From Trueperaceae bacterium (GTDB lineage Bacteria; Deinococcota; Deinococci; Deinococcales; Trueperaceae): a stretch of 36,220 nt of DNA. Position 1 is the stretch's first letter. Each line of letters opens with the position of its first letter. Below the pieces are notes generated by a model, which saw nothing but the letters and a program-made list of their open reading frames with translations, did no database searches and had not been told where the DNA came from. This document shows positions 9,926 through 17,904 of the stretch, one piece after another. Both the position numbers and the translations under genes were made by a program. Where the stretch lies: the NCBI GenBank assembly GCA_035703635.1, contig DASSXV010000072.1:1-36220 (forward strand), written 5' to 3'.

Positions 9926-9987
9926 GGCGGCCTGTTCAGTAAGCCGGGAGTCGGCGCGGACGCTCACTGGTATAGCACAGTGCGCCG

Positions 9988-10350
9988 TTAAGGCGCTCGC
10001 TCGAGCTCTGCGCCGTGCGCTTGACAGGCCGGCATGTAACGCTGAGCCCAGGTGTCTATCGCGTCGATGACGCCGTGAAGTTCGCGGCCAGCCTCTGAAA
10101 GTTCATAGCGGGTCTTGGGTGGCATGGTCGACTCGACCGTCTTGATCACCAAGCCGAGGTGCTCGAGCTGCTCCAGCCTTTGGGCGAGGGTAGTAGTGTT
10201 CGCGCCGCCCACGGCGCGGCTGAGTTCATTGAAGCCGCGCGGCGCCTCTAGCAGCGCGCGAACGATGTGAAGCACCCACTTCGCCTGAAGCAACTCGATC
10301 GAGTCGTAGACGGGGCAGTGGGTGTGGTTCCCTTCAGCCGCAACGTTCAT
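9988..10350 (-). CDS. HxlR family winged-helix transcriptional regulator
   Basis: CPVYDSIELLQAKW, LAQRLEQLE, PPKTRYELSEAG; N-terminal Cys; TAGAGT 6 nt before ATG. Confidence 0.9.
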   Translation of the reverse strand: MNVAAEGNHTHCPVYDSIELLQAKWVLHIVRALLEAPRGFNELSRAVGGANTTTLAQRLEQLEHLGLVIKTVESTMPPKTRYELSEAGRELHGVIDAIDTWAQRYMPACQAHGAELERAP

Positions 10351-10354
10351 GGCG

Positions 10355-10422
10355 GCACTCTAGCACACATAGCACTCAGGCGACTAGTCTACTTGACATT
10401 CTAGAGCACTCGATGTTATGGT
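10355..10422. promoter_or_regulatory. Divergent hxlR/yceI promoters with repeated GCACTC
   Basis: TTGACA 10393-10398, 18 nt, TATGGT 10417-10422 (+); TAGAGT 10357-10362 (-); GCACTC at 10355, 10372, 10406. Confidence 0.65.
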
Positions 10423-10494
10423 CCCATCAAGGCAGGGGCGTTGTTGAAGAACGACCGCCCCGCCACACCCAAACCACAATCAAGGAGTTCCAAG

Positions 10495-11025
10495 ATGAGC
10501 CTAAACCTAGACACGTCTCACAGCAGCGTTGAGTTCGCAGTACGCCACATGGGCATCGCCACCGTACGCGGTCGCTTCGAGAGCTTCACCGTTCAAGCCG
10601 AGGTGGACGACAACGGTCTACCAACCTACGTTTCGGCCGAGATCGACGCCGCGAGCATCAACACCGGCAACAAGGACCGCGACGCACACCTGCGCTCGGC
10701 CGACTTCTTCACCACGGACGAGTTCCCCGTCATCAAGTTCGAGTCCACCAGCATCGTCAAGCGCGGGGACCAGGTCGTCTTCGAGGGCGGCCTGACCATC
10801 AAGGGCATCACGAAGCCCGCCACCTTCCAGGCCGAGGTCAGCGACTTCGTGAAGGACCCATGGGGCAACCAGCGCCTGATGGCGGAGGCCTCCGGCAAGA
10901 TCAACCGCACCGACTGGGGCCTCACCTGGAACCAGATCCTCGAGGCCGGCTCCTTGCTCGTCAGCGAAGACGTGCGCTTCACGATGAACATCCAGCTTGT
11001 CGCGCAAGCGGAAGTGGCTGCCTGA
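10495..11025 (+). CDS. YceI family protein
   Basis: DTSHSSVEFAVRHMG, RDAHLRSADFF, DPWGNQR, INRTDWGLTWN; AAGGAG RBS before ATG 10495. Confidence 0.92.
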   Translation: MSLNLDTSHSSVEFAVRHMGIATVRGRFESFTVQAEVDDNGLPTYVSAEIDAASINTGNKDRDAHLRSADFFTTDEFPVIKFESTSIVKRGDQVVFEGGLTIKGITKPATFQAEVSDFVKDPWGNQRLMAEASGKINRTDWGLTWNQILEAGSLLVSEDVRFTMNIQLVAQAEVAA

Positions 11026-11043
11026 GCAAGCGCGCGCCAACTG

Positions 11044-12696
11044 TCACAGCTCGGCCCGCGCCAACTGTTTGACGCCAAGCCATAAGGGCACGAACGCCGT
11101 GAGAAGCGTCAAGCCCACTAGCACGAGCAAGACCAACGCCCCCTCTGGACTAGTCCAGTAGGGGGCGTTCGGGTTTCGTAGCGCCACCCATGCTGGCCGC
11201 GCAAGCAGCAGCGTAAGCAACACCGAGTACGCCATGCCAAGCCCAACGAAGGTGAGCGCGCCAGGCGTCATCGCCAGCTCGTTCGGGTTCGTGTAACTGA
11301 AGCGCGGGTGCGACGCGCCAAGACCGACGGCCAGGCCCGTCAAGCCAACGGCGCTCAAAGCGGCAGCCAGCGGCGCGCCGAACGCCAGCGTGGGACTCAA
11401 GTCGAGGACGCGGCCGGCCGCCACCCCCAAACCCAACGCGAGCGCCACCATGAGCGGCAAGGTGAACAAGAACTTCGCAAGCACCAGGTCCCGCTTGCGG
11501 ACCGGCTGGGTCTGCACGAGCCAGTAAGTACCAGCCTCGTACGACACGCTTGGGTAAGCCACGCGCAACGCAACGCCTGCCACGATGAAGCTCACGAAGG
11601 CGATGTTGAGGGCGCCGATGATGTCGCGGAACTGTTGCGTCGGCAAGTCGATCGCGGCGAGACTCACGAAGTAGACACCCGCTAGAGCCGCAAGCACGAT
11701 GACTTGGCTCCACTGCTGGACGTCACGAAAGAAGACCCGCATGTCCTTGGCGATGATGGCGCCGATGGGCCCCAATCGACTGCCAAGGAACATCTCCCAC
11801 GCAGGCGTTCTGTAGGAAGCGCGGGTGCGAGGCGCAGGGGTCGTGTCCAAGCTCTTCACCCAACCGCGCGAGAACGCCAAACGCGCCAGTGCGCCAGTGA
11901 GAAGCAGTCCGCCGACGGCAACGCCGACTAGGAGCAGCACGCTGATGGCAAGGCGGCCGTCCAGGGCGGCCCAACTCGCGCTGCTCGCCCAAGCAGGCGG
12001 GAGCCAACCGATCTCTAGCCGGGCGAAGGCAGCAAGGAAGCGCTCGAAGGCGTCGCTGTCCTCCGGCCTGATGCGCGCCAGCTGCTCGGGCCGCAGCGCC
12101 CTAAGCCCAAGCAAGGCAGCTGCCGCGGCGCTGATGCTAACGGCCGTTGCCACCTCGCGCACGCGGCCGGCGGGGGAGAGCCGTACCAGCAGAAGGGCAA
12201 GTAGCGCACCGAGGGTTACCGGCATGGCGTAAAGCGCGGCTGCCGCCACTGTTCCGACTAGGTAGAAGAGCGGCGGGGCATGCAGCGCGGCCCCGACGCC
12301 AACGAGCACAGGTAGCGTGAAGATCAGCGGCAGACCCGCGGTGTTGACGAAAAGCTCGAGCACCTTCATGCCGAACACGGCCGCGGTTGAGGTCGGCTGC
12401 GCCAGGAGCAGTTCGAGGTCCTCGCTGCCGTAAAGGGTGCCTATGCTCGCGATGAGCACGCTGAAGAGCACCGCCGCCATGAGCATCAAGAAGAGACCCT
12501 CGAGGCTGCGCTGCGTTACGGCAGGCGCGATGGTTCCGATCAGCGGATAGGCGTACAGCCAAGCCACCCCGAAACGCACGAGCCGGAAACCTAAGTAGGC
12601 CGCGCCGCCGACGAGGCTCAACGAGAACAGCAGCCAACTCGGGCGAGCCGCGAGTGAGCGCAGGGCGCCACGGATGCGTAAGTTGGCGAGGGTCAC
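11044..12696 (-). CDS. Putative ABC exporter permease (multi-TM)
   Basis: Many TM segments, SEDLELLLAQP and KDMRVFFRD motifs; coupled to ABC ATPase by GTGA overlap. Confidence 0.75.
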   Translation of the reverse strand: MTLANLRIRGALRSLAARPSWLLFSLSLVGGAAYLGFRLVRFGVAWLYAYPLIGTIAPAVTQRSLEGLFLMLMAAVLFSVLIASIGTLYGSEDLELLLAQPTSTAAVFGMKVLELFVNTAGLPLIFTLPVLVGVGAALHAPPLFYLVGTVAAAALYAMPVTLGALLALLLVRLSPAGRVREVATAVSISAAAAALLGLRALRPEQLARIRPEDSDAFERFLAAFARLEIGWLPPAWASSASWAALDGRLAISVLLLVGVAVGGLLLTGALARLAFSRGWVKSLDTTPAPRTRASYRTPAWEMFLGSRLGPIGAIIAKDMRVFFRDVQQWSQVIVLAALAGVYFVSLAAIDLPTQQFRDIIGALNIAFVSFIVAGVALRVAYPSVSYEAGTYWLVQTQPVRKRDLVLAKFLFTLPLMVALALGLGVAAGRVLDLSPTLAFGAPLAAALSAVGLTGLAVGLGASHPRFSYTNPNELAMTPGALTFVGLGMAYSVLLTLLLARPAWVALRNPNAPYWTSPEGALVLLVLVGLTLLTAFVPLWLGVKQLARAEL

Positions 12697-13433
12697 GCTG
12701 GCTGCTGCGCTTGGTCGTCTGCCGTGAGGCGGAGGAACAAGTCCTCGAGCGTCGCGGTGCTCGACTGCTTGGTCAAGGCCCGCAGCTCAGCCATGGTGCC
12801 TTGAGCCACCAAGCGCCCATGGTTCACGACCGCCACTCGGTCAGCGACCTCCTCGGCCACCGCCAACGTATGCGTGGTGAGGACGACAGTGCGGCCGGCG
12901 GCTGAGAGCTCACGGAAGAGCGTCTTGACCTCACGGTGGCCCTGCACGTCGAGGCCGACCATCGGTTCGTCGGTGATGAAGAGCTGCGGTTCGCCGAGCA
13001 GCGCAACGCAGAAGGCGAGCCTTTGGCGCATGCCGTGGCTGTAACTCTCGGTGAGGCTATCCGCGTGCTCCGCAAGTTTGAAGCGCAGGAGCAGCTCCTC
13101 GATGCGCGCGTTGGGGGCGGCCTGACGCCTGACACCAGCCACGTACCTGAGGAGCTCGCGCGCCGTCACCTTCGGATAGAACCACGCGCGGTCAGGAACG
13201 AACCCAACGGCGGACTTGGCAGCCTGCGGCGCGGCCAACGTATCGTGGCCAGCGACTCTGATGGTGCCGCTAGTCGGCTGGGCCAACCCTGTGATGCAGC
13301 GGATGGTCGTCGTCTTGCCTGCGCCGTTAGGCCCGAGGAGCGCGAGGACTTCACCAGGGGCGGCGGTCAGCGTTAGGTCGTCGACGGCTAACGCGCGGCC
13401 GTAACGCTTCGTGAGGTTGGCGATGCTTAACAA
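12693..13433 (-). CDS. ABC transporter ATP-binding protein
   Basis: GPNGAGKTT, YSHGMRQR, DEPMVGLD. Confidence 0.92.
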   Translation of the reverse strand: MLSIANLTKRYGRALAVDDLTLTAAPGEVLALLGPNGAGKTTTIRCITGLAQPTSGTIRVAGHDTLAAPQAAKSAVGFVPDRAWFYPKVTARELLRYVAGVRRQAAPNARIEELLLRFKLAEHADSLTESYSHGMRQRLAFCVALLGEPQLFITDEPMVGLDVQGHREVKTLFRELSAAGRTVVLTTHTLAVAEEVADRVAVVNHGRLVAQGTMAELRALTKQSSTATLEDLFLRLTADDQAQQPA

Positions 13434-13515
13434 AGGGCACTCCCGAGGCAGATGTTAGCCACCCCGGGAGTGTTCGCGTGCTGAAGTTTGGCACAGGACG
13501 CCCGCGCCCCAGCGT

Positions 13516-14313
13516 TCACGGCAGCAAGTAGCGCCACTCGTCCGACATGAACTTCTCCTCGGCGAGGGCCTCCGCGCGCGCCAGCTCGTCGGCGGTCACT
13601 GGACCGTCCGTCAGTCCGTAACGCTGCTTGAACGTCGCGACCAGCCGGTCGATCACTACCTCGCGCGGGAGTTGCGTCTGCTGCCTGAGAGGGGCAACGC
13701 GCTTGTTGGCGCTCACGCTCCCCTTGTCGGAGAGCTTCTCCCGTCCGATCCGCAACACCTCGAGCATCTTCGCCGGGTTCATGTCGTAAGCCATGGTGAC
13801 GTGGTGTAAGACGGCGCCGCCGCGACGCGTCTGCGCCGCGCCGCCGATCTTGCCCGCGACCGACGAGATGTCGTTGATGGGGATGTACTCAGCTTCGACG
13901 CCCAACGACCTTAGTCCCTCCAACACCCAGTCGTCCATGAACTCATACGAGTCGATGAACGACATGCCTTTGACAAGCGTGTCTGGCGCGTAGATGGAGT
14001 ACGTGATGGTGTTCTCCGGCTCGACGAACATGGCGCCGCCGCCTGTGATGCGGCGCATGACCGAGATGTCGTGCTTGGTCGCGCCGACCGGGTCGACCTC
14101 GTTGCGGACGGACTGGAAGCGCCCGAGGATCACCGCGTTGCTCGACCATTCCCAGATGCGCAATGTCGGCGGCCGCTTGCCGGCCCCGACCTCGTAGGTC
14201 AGGACCTCGTCGAGTGCCATGTGGAGCTGCGGCGCCTGCGGCCCGGCGCGGACTAGGCGCCAGTCGAGCCCGTGCCAGCGCGGCCGGAACTTCGCGAAGC
14301 GGTCGTCGCTCAT
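13516..14313 (-). CDS. lplA: Lipoate-protein ligase A, catalytic domain
   Basis: MALDEVL, RRITGGGAMF, NDI...KIGGAAQ motifs. Confidence 0.88.
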   Translation of the reverse strand: MSDDRFAKFRPRWHGLDWRLVRAGPQAPQLHMALDEVLTYEVGAGKRPPTLRIWEWSSNAVILGRFQSVRNEVDPVGATKHDISVMRRITGGGAMFVEPENTITYSIYAPDTLVKGMSFIDSYEFMDDWVLEGLRSLGVEAEYIPINDISSVAGKIGGAAQTRRGGAVLHHVTMAYDMNPAKMLEVLRIGREKLSDKGSVSANKRVAPLRQQTQLPREVVIDRLVATFKQRYGLTDGPVTADELARAEALAEEKFMSDEWRYLLP

Positions 14314-14615
14314 ACGCGCTCGCGCGGGCTGCCGTCGTCGACCGCGCGCCTTACGGCTACCGCTACCGAGTTAGCGTCGAAGCCAAGCATCACGGTGTCC
14401 TCTGGCAGGCGTGAGGTTATCAGGCCCGCCAACTCGTCTGCGCTGGCGGTGGCCGGCGCACCTTCTAGCGCAGCGACGATCGCCTCGAGCGCTTCCGGGG
14501 GTTCCAGGAAGAAGTCGCCGCTCACGTGGACGTCGGTCAATGCTCCGCCTGACACGCTCAGGTCTACCACCACTAGCTTGCCGCCTGGGTGCTTGTACTC
14601 GCCGTGTAATGCCAT
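14310..14615 (-). CDS. Stand-alone lipoate-ligase accessory domain (LplB-like)
   Basis: HGEYKHPGGKLVVVDL...SGDFFLEP; TATCAT 7 nt before ATG 14615; ATGA overlap with lplA. Confidence 0.8.
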   Translation of the reverse strand: MALHGEYKHPGGKLVVVDLSVSGGALTDVHVSGDFFLEPPEALEAIVAALEGAPATASADELAGLITSRLPEDTVMLGFDANSVAVAVRRAVDDGSPRERV

Positions 14616-14651
14616 GCCTCCGATGATAGCGCCGCGTGCGGCAGCGCACGG

Positions 14652-14693
14652 TTGACCGAGGTCAATGCAGAGCGCTGCACTCGGGAATAGGCT
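14652..14693 (+). promoter_or_regulatory. FNR/CRP-family box with downstream -10
   Basis: Perfect TTGAC-CGAG-GTCAA at 14652-14665; TAGGCT at 14688-14693. Confidence 0.6.
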
Positions 14694-14703
14694 GGAAGCA
14701 ACC

Positions 14704-15666
14704 ATGGTTGATCACACGAATACCTTCACTTCCCCCGCCGTGGGTACGTTCACGGCGGTTCCGTCCGTGGTGCAGAAGTCTCGCGTTACGGTCGAAGTCA
14801 AGACTGAAACGCCGTTCCTGCCGAAGGCGGCGTTCTTCCTCATCTCCGTGGCGTCCCTCGCTGGCGCCTACTTGACCGGCAAACTGCACGGTGTAGACGG
14901 CGTCGCCCTCGCCTGGCGCTGGCTGCAGTTCTGGGGCCTTGCCTTGCCTACCGGCATGCTCGCTTGGCGGTTGTTCTACTTGCGCGGGCAGGAGTCCGGG
15001 CTCGACGTTGCCCGCGTCTCCGGCCTGCATGCCGATCTGCTCGAACGCGTCAGAAGGGTGAGCCGCTACCTAGCCCCGCTACTCGTGGCTGGCGCTGGAG
15101 CCTCGCTCTTCTTGCCGTACCTAGCTACGTGGACGGCCGTTGCCTTGACGGCAAGCAGCCTGGCGCTCGCCGCGCTGATCACGCAGGCGCACCGGAGCCG
15201 CGCCGCGGCGCTGGCGGCGTTCTTGATCGGCGCGGGCGCGTTGGGGCTGTGGGGCTGGGGTGACAGCAACGGACTAGGGTTCCTCGCCGCCGTGAGGACC
15301 GTTCACCTCTTCGCGTTCGCGGCTTGGCTGGGTGGCGCGCTCTTCAACCTCGGCGCGGCGGTTCCGGCCGGGCGCAAGAACGCCAACCTCGATGCCGTCG
15401 TAGCTGGCGCCCGCCAACTCGAGCGCTTCAGGTGGGTGGTCAGGACTTCGCTGCCCACGATCATCGTTACGGGCGTGTGGATGGCCTTACGCTACGGCGG
15501 CGTCACCAGCCCGTTCTGGCAGAGCGGTATCGGTTTGCTCGTGCCGTTCAAGCTGTTGCTCATCGTGGCGTTAGTGGTCATCTTCATCACCTGCCCCCTG
15601 TACCGGGCCTGCTCGCCGGTGCGTGGGGTGTGCAATCTCGACGATCTTGGGTCAGACGCGGGGTGA
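14704..15666 (+). CDS. Multi-TM membrane protein with CopD-like C-terminal half and Cys-rich tail
   Basis: About 8-9 hydrophobic segments; RTVHLFAFAAWLGG and IIVTGVWM resemble CopD/DUF4149-type proteins; ends CPLYRACSPVRGVC. Confidence 0.6.
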   Translation: MVDHTNTFTSPAVGTFTAVPSVVQKSRVTVEVKTETPFLPKAAFFLISVASLAGAYLTGKLHGVDGVALAWRWLQFWGLALPTGMLAWRLFYLRGQESGLDVARVSGLHADLLERVRRVSRYLAPLLVAGAGASLFLPYLATWTAVALTASSLALAALITQAHRSRAAALAAFLIGAGALGLWGWGDSNGLGFLAAVRTVHLFAFAAWLGGALFNLGAAVPAGRKNANLDAVVAGARQLERFRWVVRTSLPTIIVTGVWMALRYGGVTSPFWQSGIGLLVPFKLLLIVALVVIFITCPLYRACSPVRGVCNLDDLGSDAG

Positions 15667-15986
15667 CGGGCGGTGTGCGGACCACTAACGCGGCCGCGGC
15701 TGATGCCGCGGGTGGAGGCATGTTCCAGCGGTTGGATAACCGGTCCACGCCATGCTCGCTTGGCCTCTTGCGGGTAAAGGAGCGATTGGCTGGCATGCCT
15801 CTCGGCGCGACCCTCGAGGTGGTTACGCGCGATAAGTTCGCGCCTTACGAGGTGCCCGTCTGGGTCGAACGCGAGGGCCTCGAGCTCACGAGCATCAGGC
15901 ACTCGGGTTTCTGGCTGTTCGGCAGCACGATCTTCCGGATCCGCAAGACGGTCGCCGTCAGGGCTCCACGCCGCAAGATCGCCTAG
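15663..15986 (+). CDS. TusA/SirA-like sulfur-carrier domain protein
   Basis: LDNRSTPC...GATLEVVTRD...EVPVW...FRIRK pattern; GTG 15663 overlaps upstream stop (alternative ATG 15720). Confidence 0.7.
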   Translation: MTGGVRTTNAAAADAAGGGMFQRLDNRSTPCSLGLLRVKERLAGMPLGATLEVVTRDKFAPYEVPVWVEREGLELTSIRHSGFWLFGSTIFRIRKTVAVRAPRRKIA

Positions 15987-17815
15987 GAGCTCAGCGCTGG
16001 GTGGGGCTGCCAGCGGCGGCGGGGCCCGCGAGCCATTACGGTTGCGAGCTTCAGGACCTCGTCCCACTGGCGCTCCAGCACGCTCGTGGCTTGCGCCTCC
16101 GGCGTGCCGAGGCGCCGCTCGTGCCTGCGTAGGCGGGCGGCCACCGCGCCCCTGTACCTCTCGGCTAGTACCAACTCACGCTTCGCGCGCGTGAGTGCGA
16201 CGAACAGTACGTTGGCTTCTACCGCCTCCTCTTCGACGTTCGCGTGCCCGATCCCGAGGTTTTCAGGCCCCAAGAGGAAGGTTCGTTTCGCTTCGCGACC
16301 CTTGGCTTTGTGGATGGTGCTTAGCACCACGGCGTTGGCGGCGTCTGCTTGCTTGAACATGCGCAACGTGACCTGCTCGAGCTCGGTGTAGGTGACCACC
16401 CGGTCACGGATCAGCCCTCCGATCGCCGCGATGGCGCTGCCATGCGGGCGGCTCGCCAGGGCCTCGAGCATGAGGGCAAGTGCGCGGTGCGCATCGGCGT
16501 TGCGTTCCTGAAGCTCGCCCAGCCTAGGATCTGCGAGGTACTCGAACTCCAGGCGCCTGTTCTCCGCTTGAGCGTGCCGTTGCACGACCTCGGTCGCAGC
16601 GCGTGGCAGCCGGTCCTGGTCGGGGAAGATGCGCCTGGCCAGGTCGAGCAGTTCCGCCGCCAGCTCCTCGCCCAGGACCGTGGCTGGCACGCCAGCCTCC
16701 GCCATCGCCATGGCAACGCCAAGTAGTGGCGCGTTCGTGCGAGCCATGACGAGGTCGCCTGGGCGGGCAGTGCGCGCGAGGGCCGACTCGGGTATGAAAC
16801 GTACGCTGCCAGTAGCCGCACCAGGCGCGGACTCCATCTCGGGAGCGAAGCGGCGGGCAAGCGCGACGTGGCGGGTAGGGCAGCGGTAGGAGACCGACAG
16901 CGGCAGAACGGTGGCCGCAGCCTGCTCCTCGATGCGCTTCAGGGAGTGCCTGTCGGCACCAGCGAAGGCGTAGATGGCCTGGCGTGGGTCGCCCACGAAC
17001 AGGGCACGCGCCCCAGACGCGACCAGGCGCATGACGAGCGCTAGCGTGACGCGGCTGAGGTCCTGCGCCTCATCCACGCACACGAAATCGTAGCGCTCGA
17101 GTTGCAGGCGCTGCACTACCGGCAGGTAGACCATGTCAGTGAAGTCGACGGAGCCGCGCGCCGCAGCCGCCGTGCCCGCCTCGAGCAGCGGGTTCAATAG
17201 TGCGTGCAGCTGGGGTAGCAGTTCAGGGATGACCGGGCTGGTCAGGCCGTAGCGCGGTAGCAGCGCGGCCACGGCCGTGAGGTCGTGCGGCGCGGTTAGC
17301 TCAAGGCGGGCGAAGTTGGCGAGCGCTGCGAGGTAAGCGGCTATGCCAGGACGTGCACTTTCGTCGACCTGGTCGCCTATGCCTGCGACTAGTTCGCGCG
17401 CCAGGCGGCGGTACTTAGACGCGTCCGGCACGGCTGCCCCAACGGCGGCATGGTGCCGCGCTAGCGCGGAGCGGCCGAGGGCATGGATGGTGGTGGCGTC
17501 CACGCTGTTGGGTAGTCGCGAGCGCAGTTCGGCCGCCGTCGAGCGGTTGAAGGCGAGGAAGCAAGCGCGCGTGCCACCGGGGAGGCGCCGAGCGACCTCG
17601 ACGAGGGTGGTGGTCTTGCCGCTACCAGCGGTTGCCATCACCACCGCGTGACCACGTGAGCGCTCGACGTGCTCGAACACGGCAGCTTGATATGCGCTTG
17701 GCGCCGCGAGGCCGCTCAGTGGTCGTGCATGAGCGTCCGGAGTTGAGGCGGCTCGTTCGATCGCCACGGTAAGAACCTCCGCTCGCAGCATTTCGCGAGT
17801 GGAGGTCAAAGTCAT
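15983..17815 (-). CDS. UvrD/Rep-like superfamily 1 helicase
   Basis: ATAGSGKTT, VDEAQD, VGDPRQAIYAFAGA, SYRCP, STIHKAKGRE, VALTRAK; start may be GTG 17767 (GGAGG RBS). Confidence 0.88.
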   Translation of the reverse strand: MTLTSTREMLRAEVLTVAIERAASTPDAHARPLSGLAAPSAYQAAVFEHVERSRGHAVVMATAGSGKTTTLVEVARRLPGGTRACFLAFNRSTAAELRSRLPNSVDATTIHALGRSALARHHAAVGAAVPDASKYRRLARELVAGIGDQVDESARPGIAAYLAALANFARLELTAPHDLTAVAALLPRYGLTSPVIPELLPQLHALLNPLLEAGTAAAARGSVDFTDMVYLPVVQRLQLERYDFVCVDEAQDLSRVTLALVMRLVASGARALFVGDPRQAIYAFAGADRHSLKRIEEQAAATVLPLSVSYRCPTRHVALARRFAPEMESAPGAATGSVRFIPESALARTARPGDLVMARTNAPLLGVAMAMAEAGVPATVLGEELAAELLDLARRIFPDQDRLPRAATEVVQRHAQAENRRLEFEYLADPRLGELQERNADAHRALALMLEALASRPHGSAIAAIGGLIRDRVVTYTELEQVTLRMFKQADAANAVVLSTIHKAKGREAKRTFLLGPENLGIGHANVEEEAVEANVLFVALTRAKRELVLAERYRGAVAARLRRHERRLGTPEAQATSVLERQWDEVLKLATVMARGPRRRWQPHPALSS

Positions 17816-17846
17816 CGGGTTGTGGCCTAGAGGTTCTAGGCAGTCG

Positions 17847-17868
17847 ACCGAGGCGGCCGCGCCTCGGT
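17847..17868 (-). terminator. GC-rich hairpin downstream of the DEAD-box gene
   Basis: accgaggcg-gccg-cgcctcggt, 9-bp perfect stem, no U tract. Confidence 0.4.
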
Positions 17869-17904
17869 GGCCTTAGCCTTGGTTAGTGCCGGGGGTGGCC
17901 CCCG

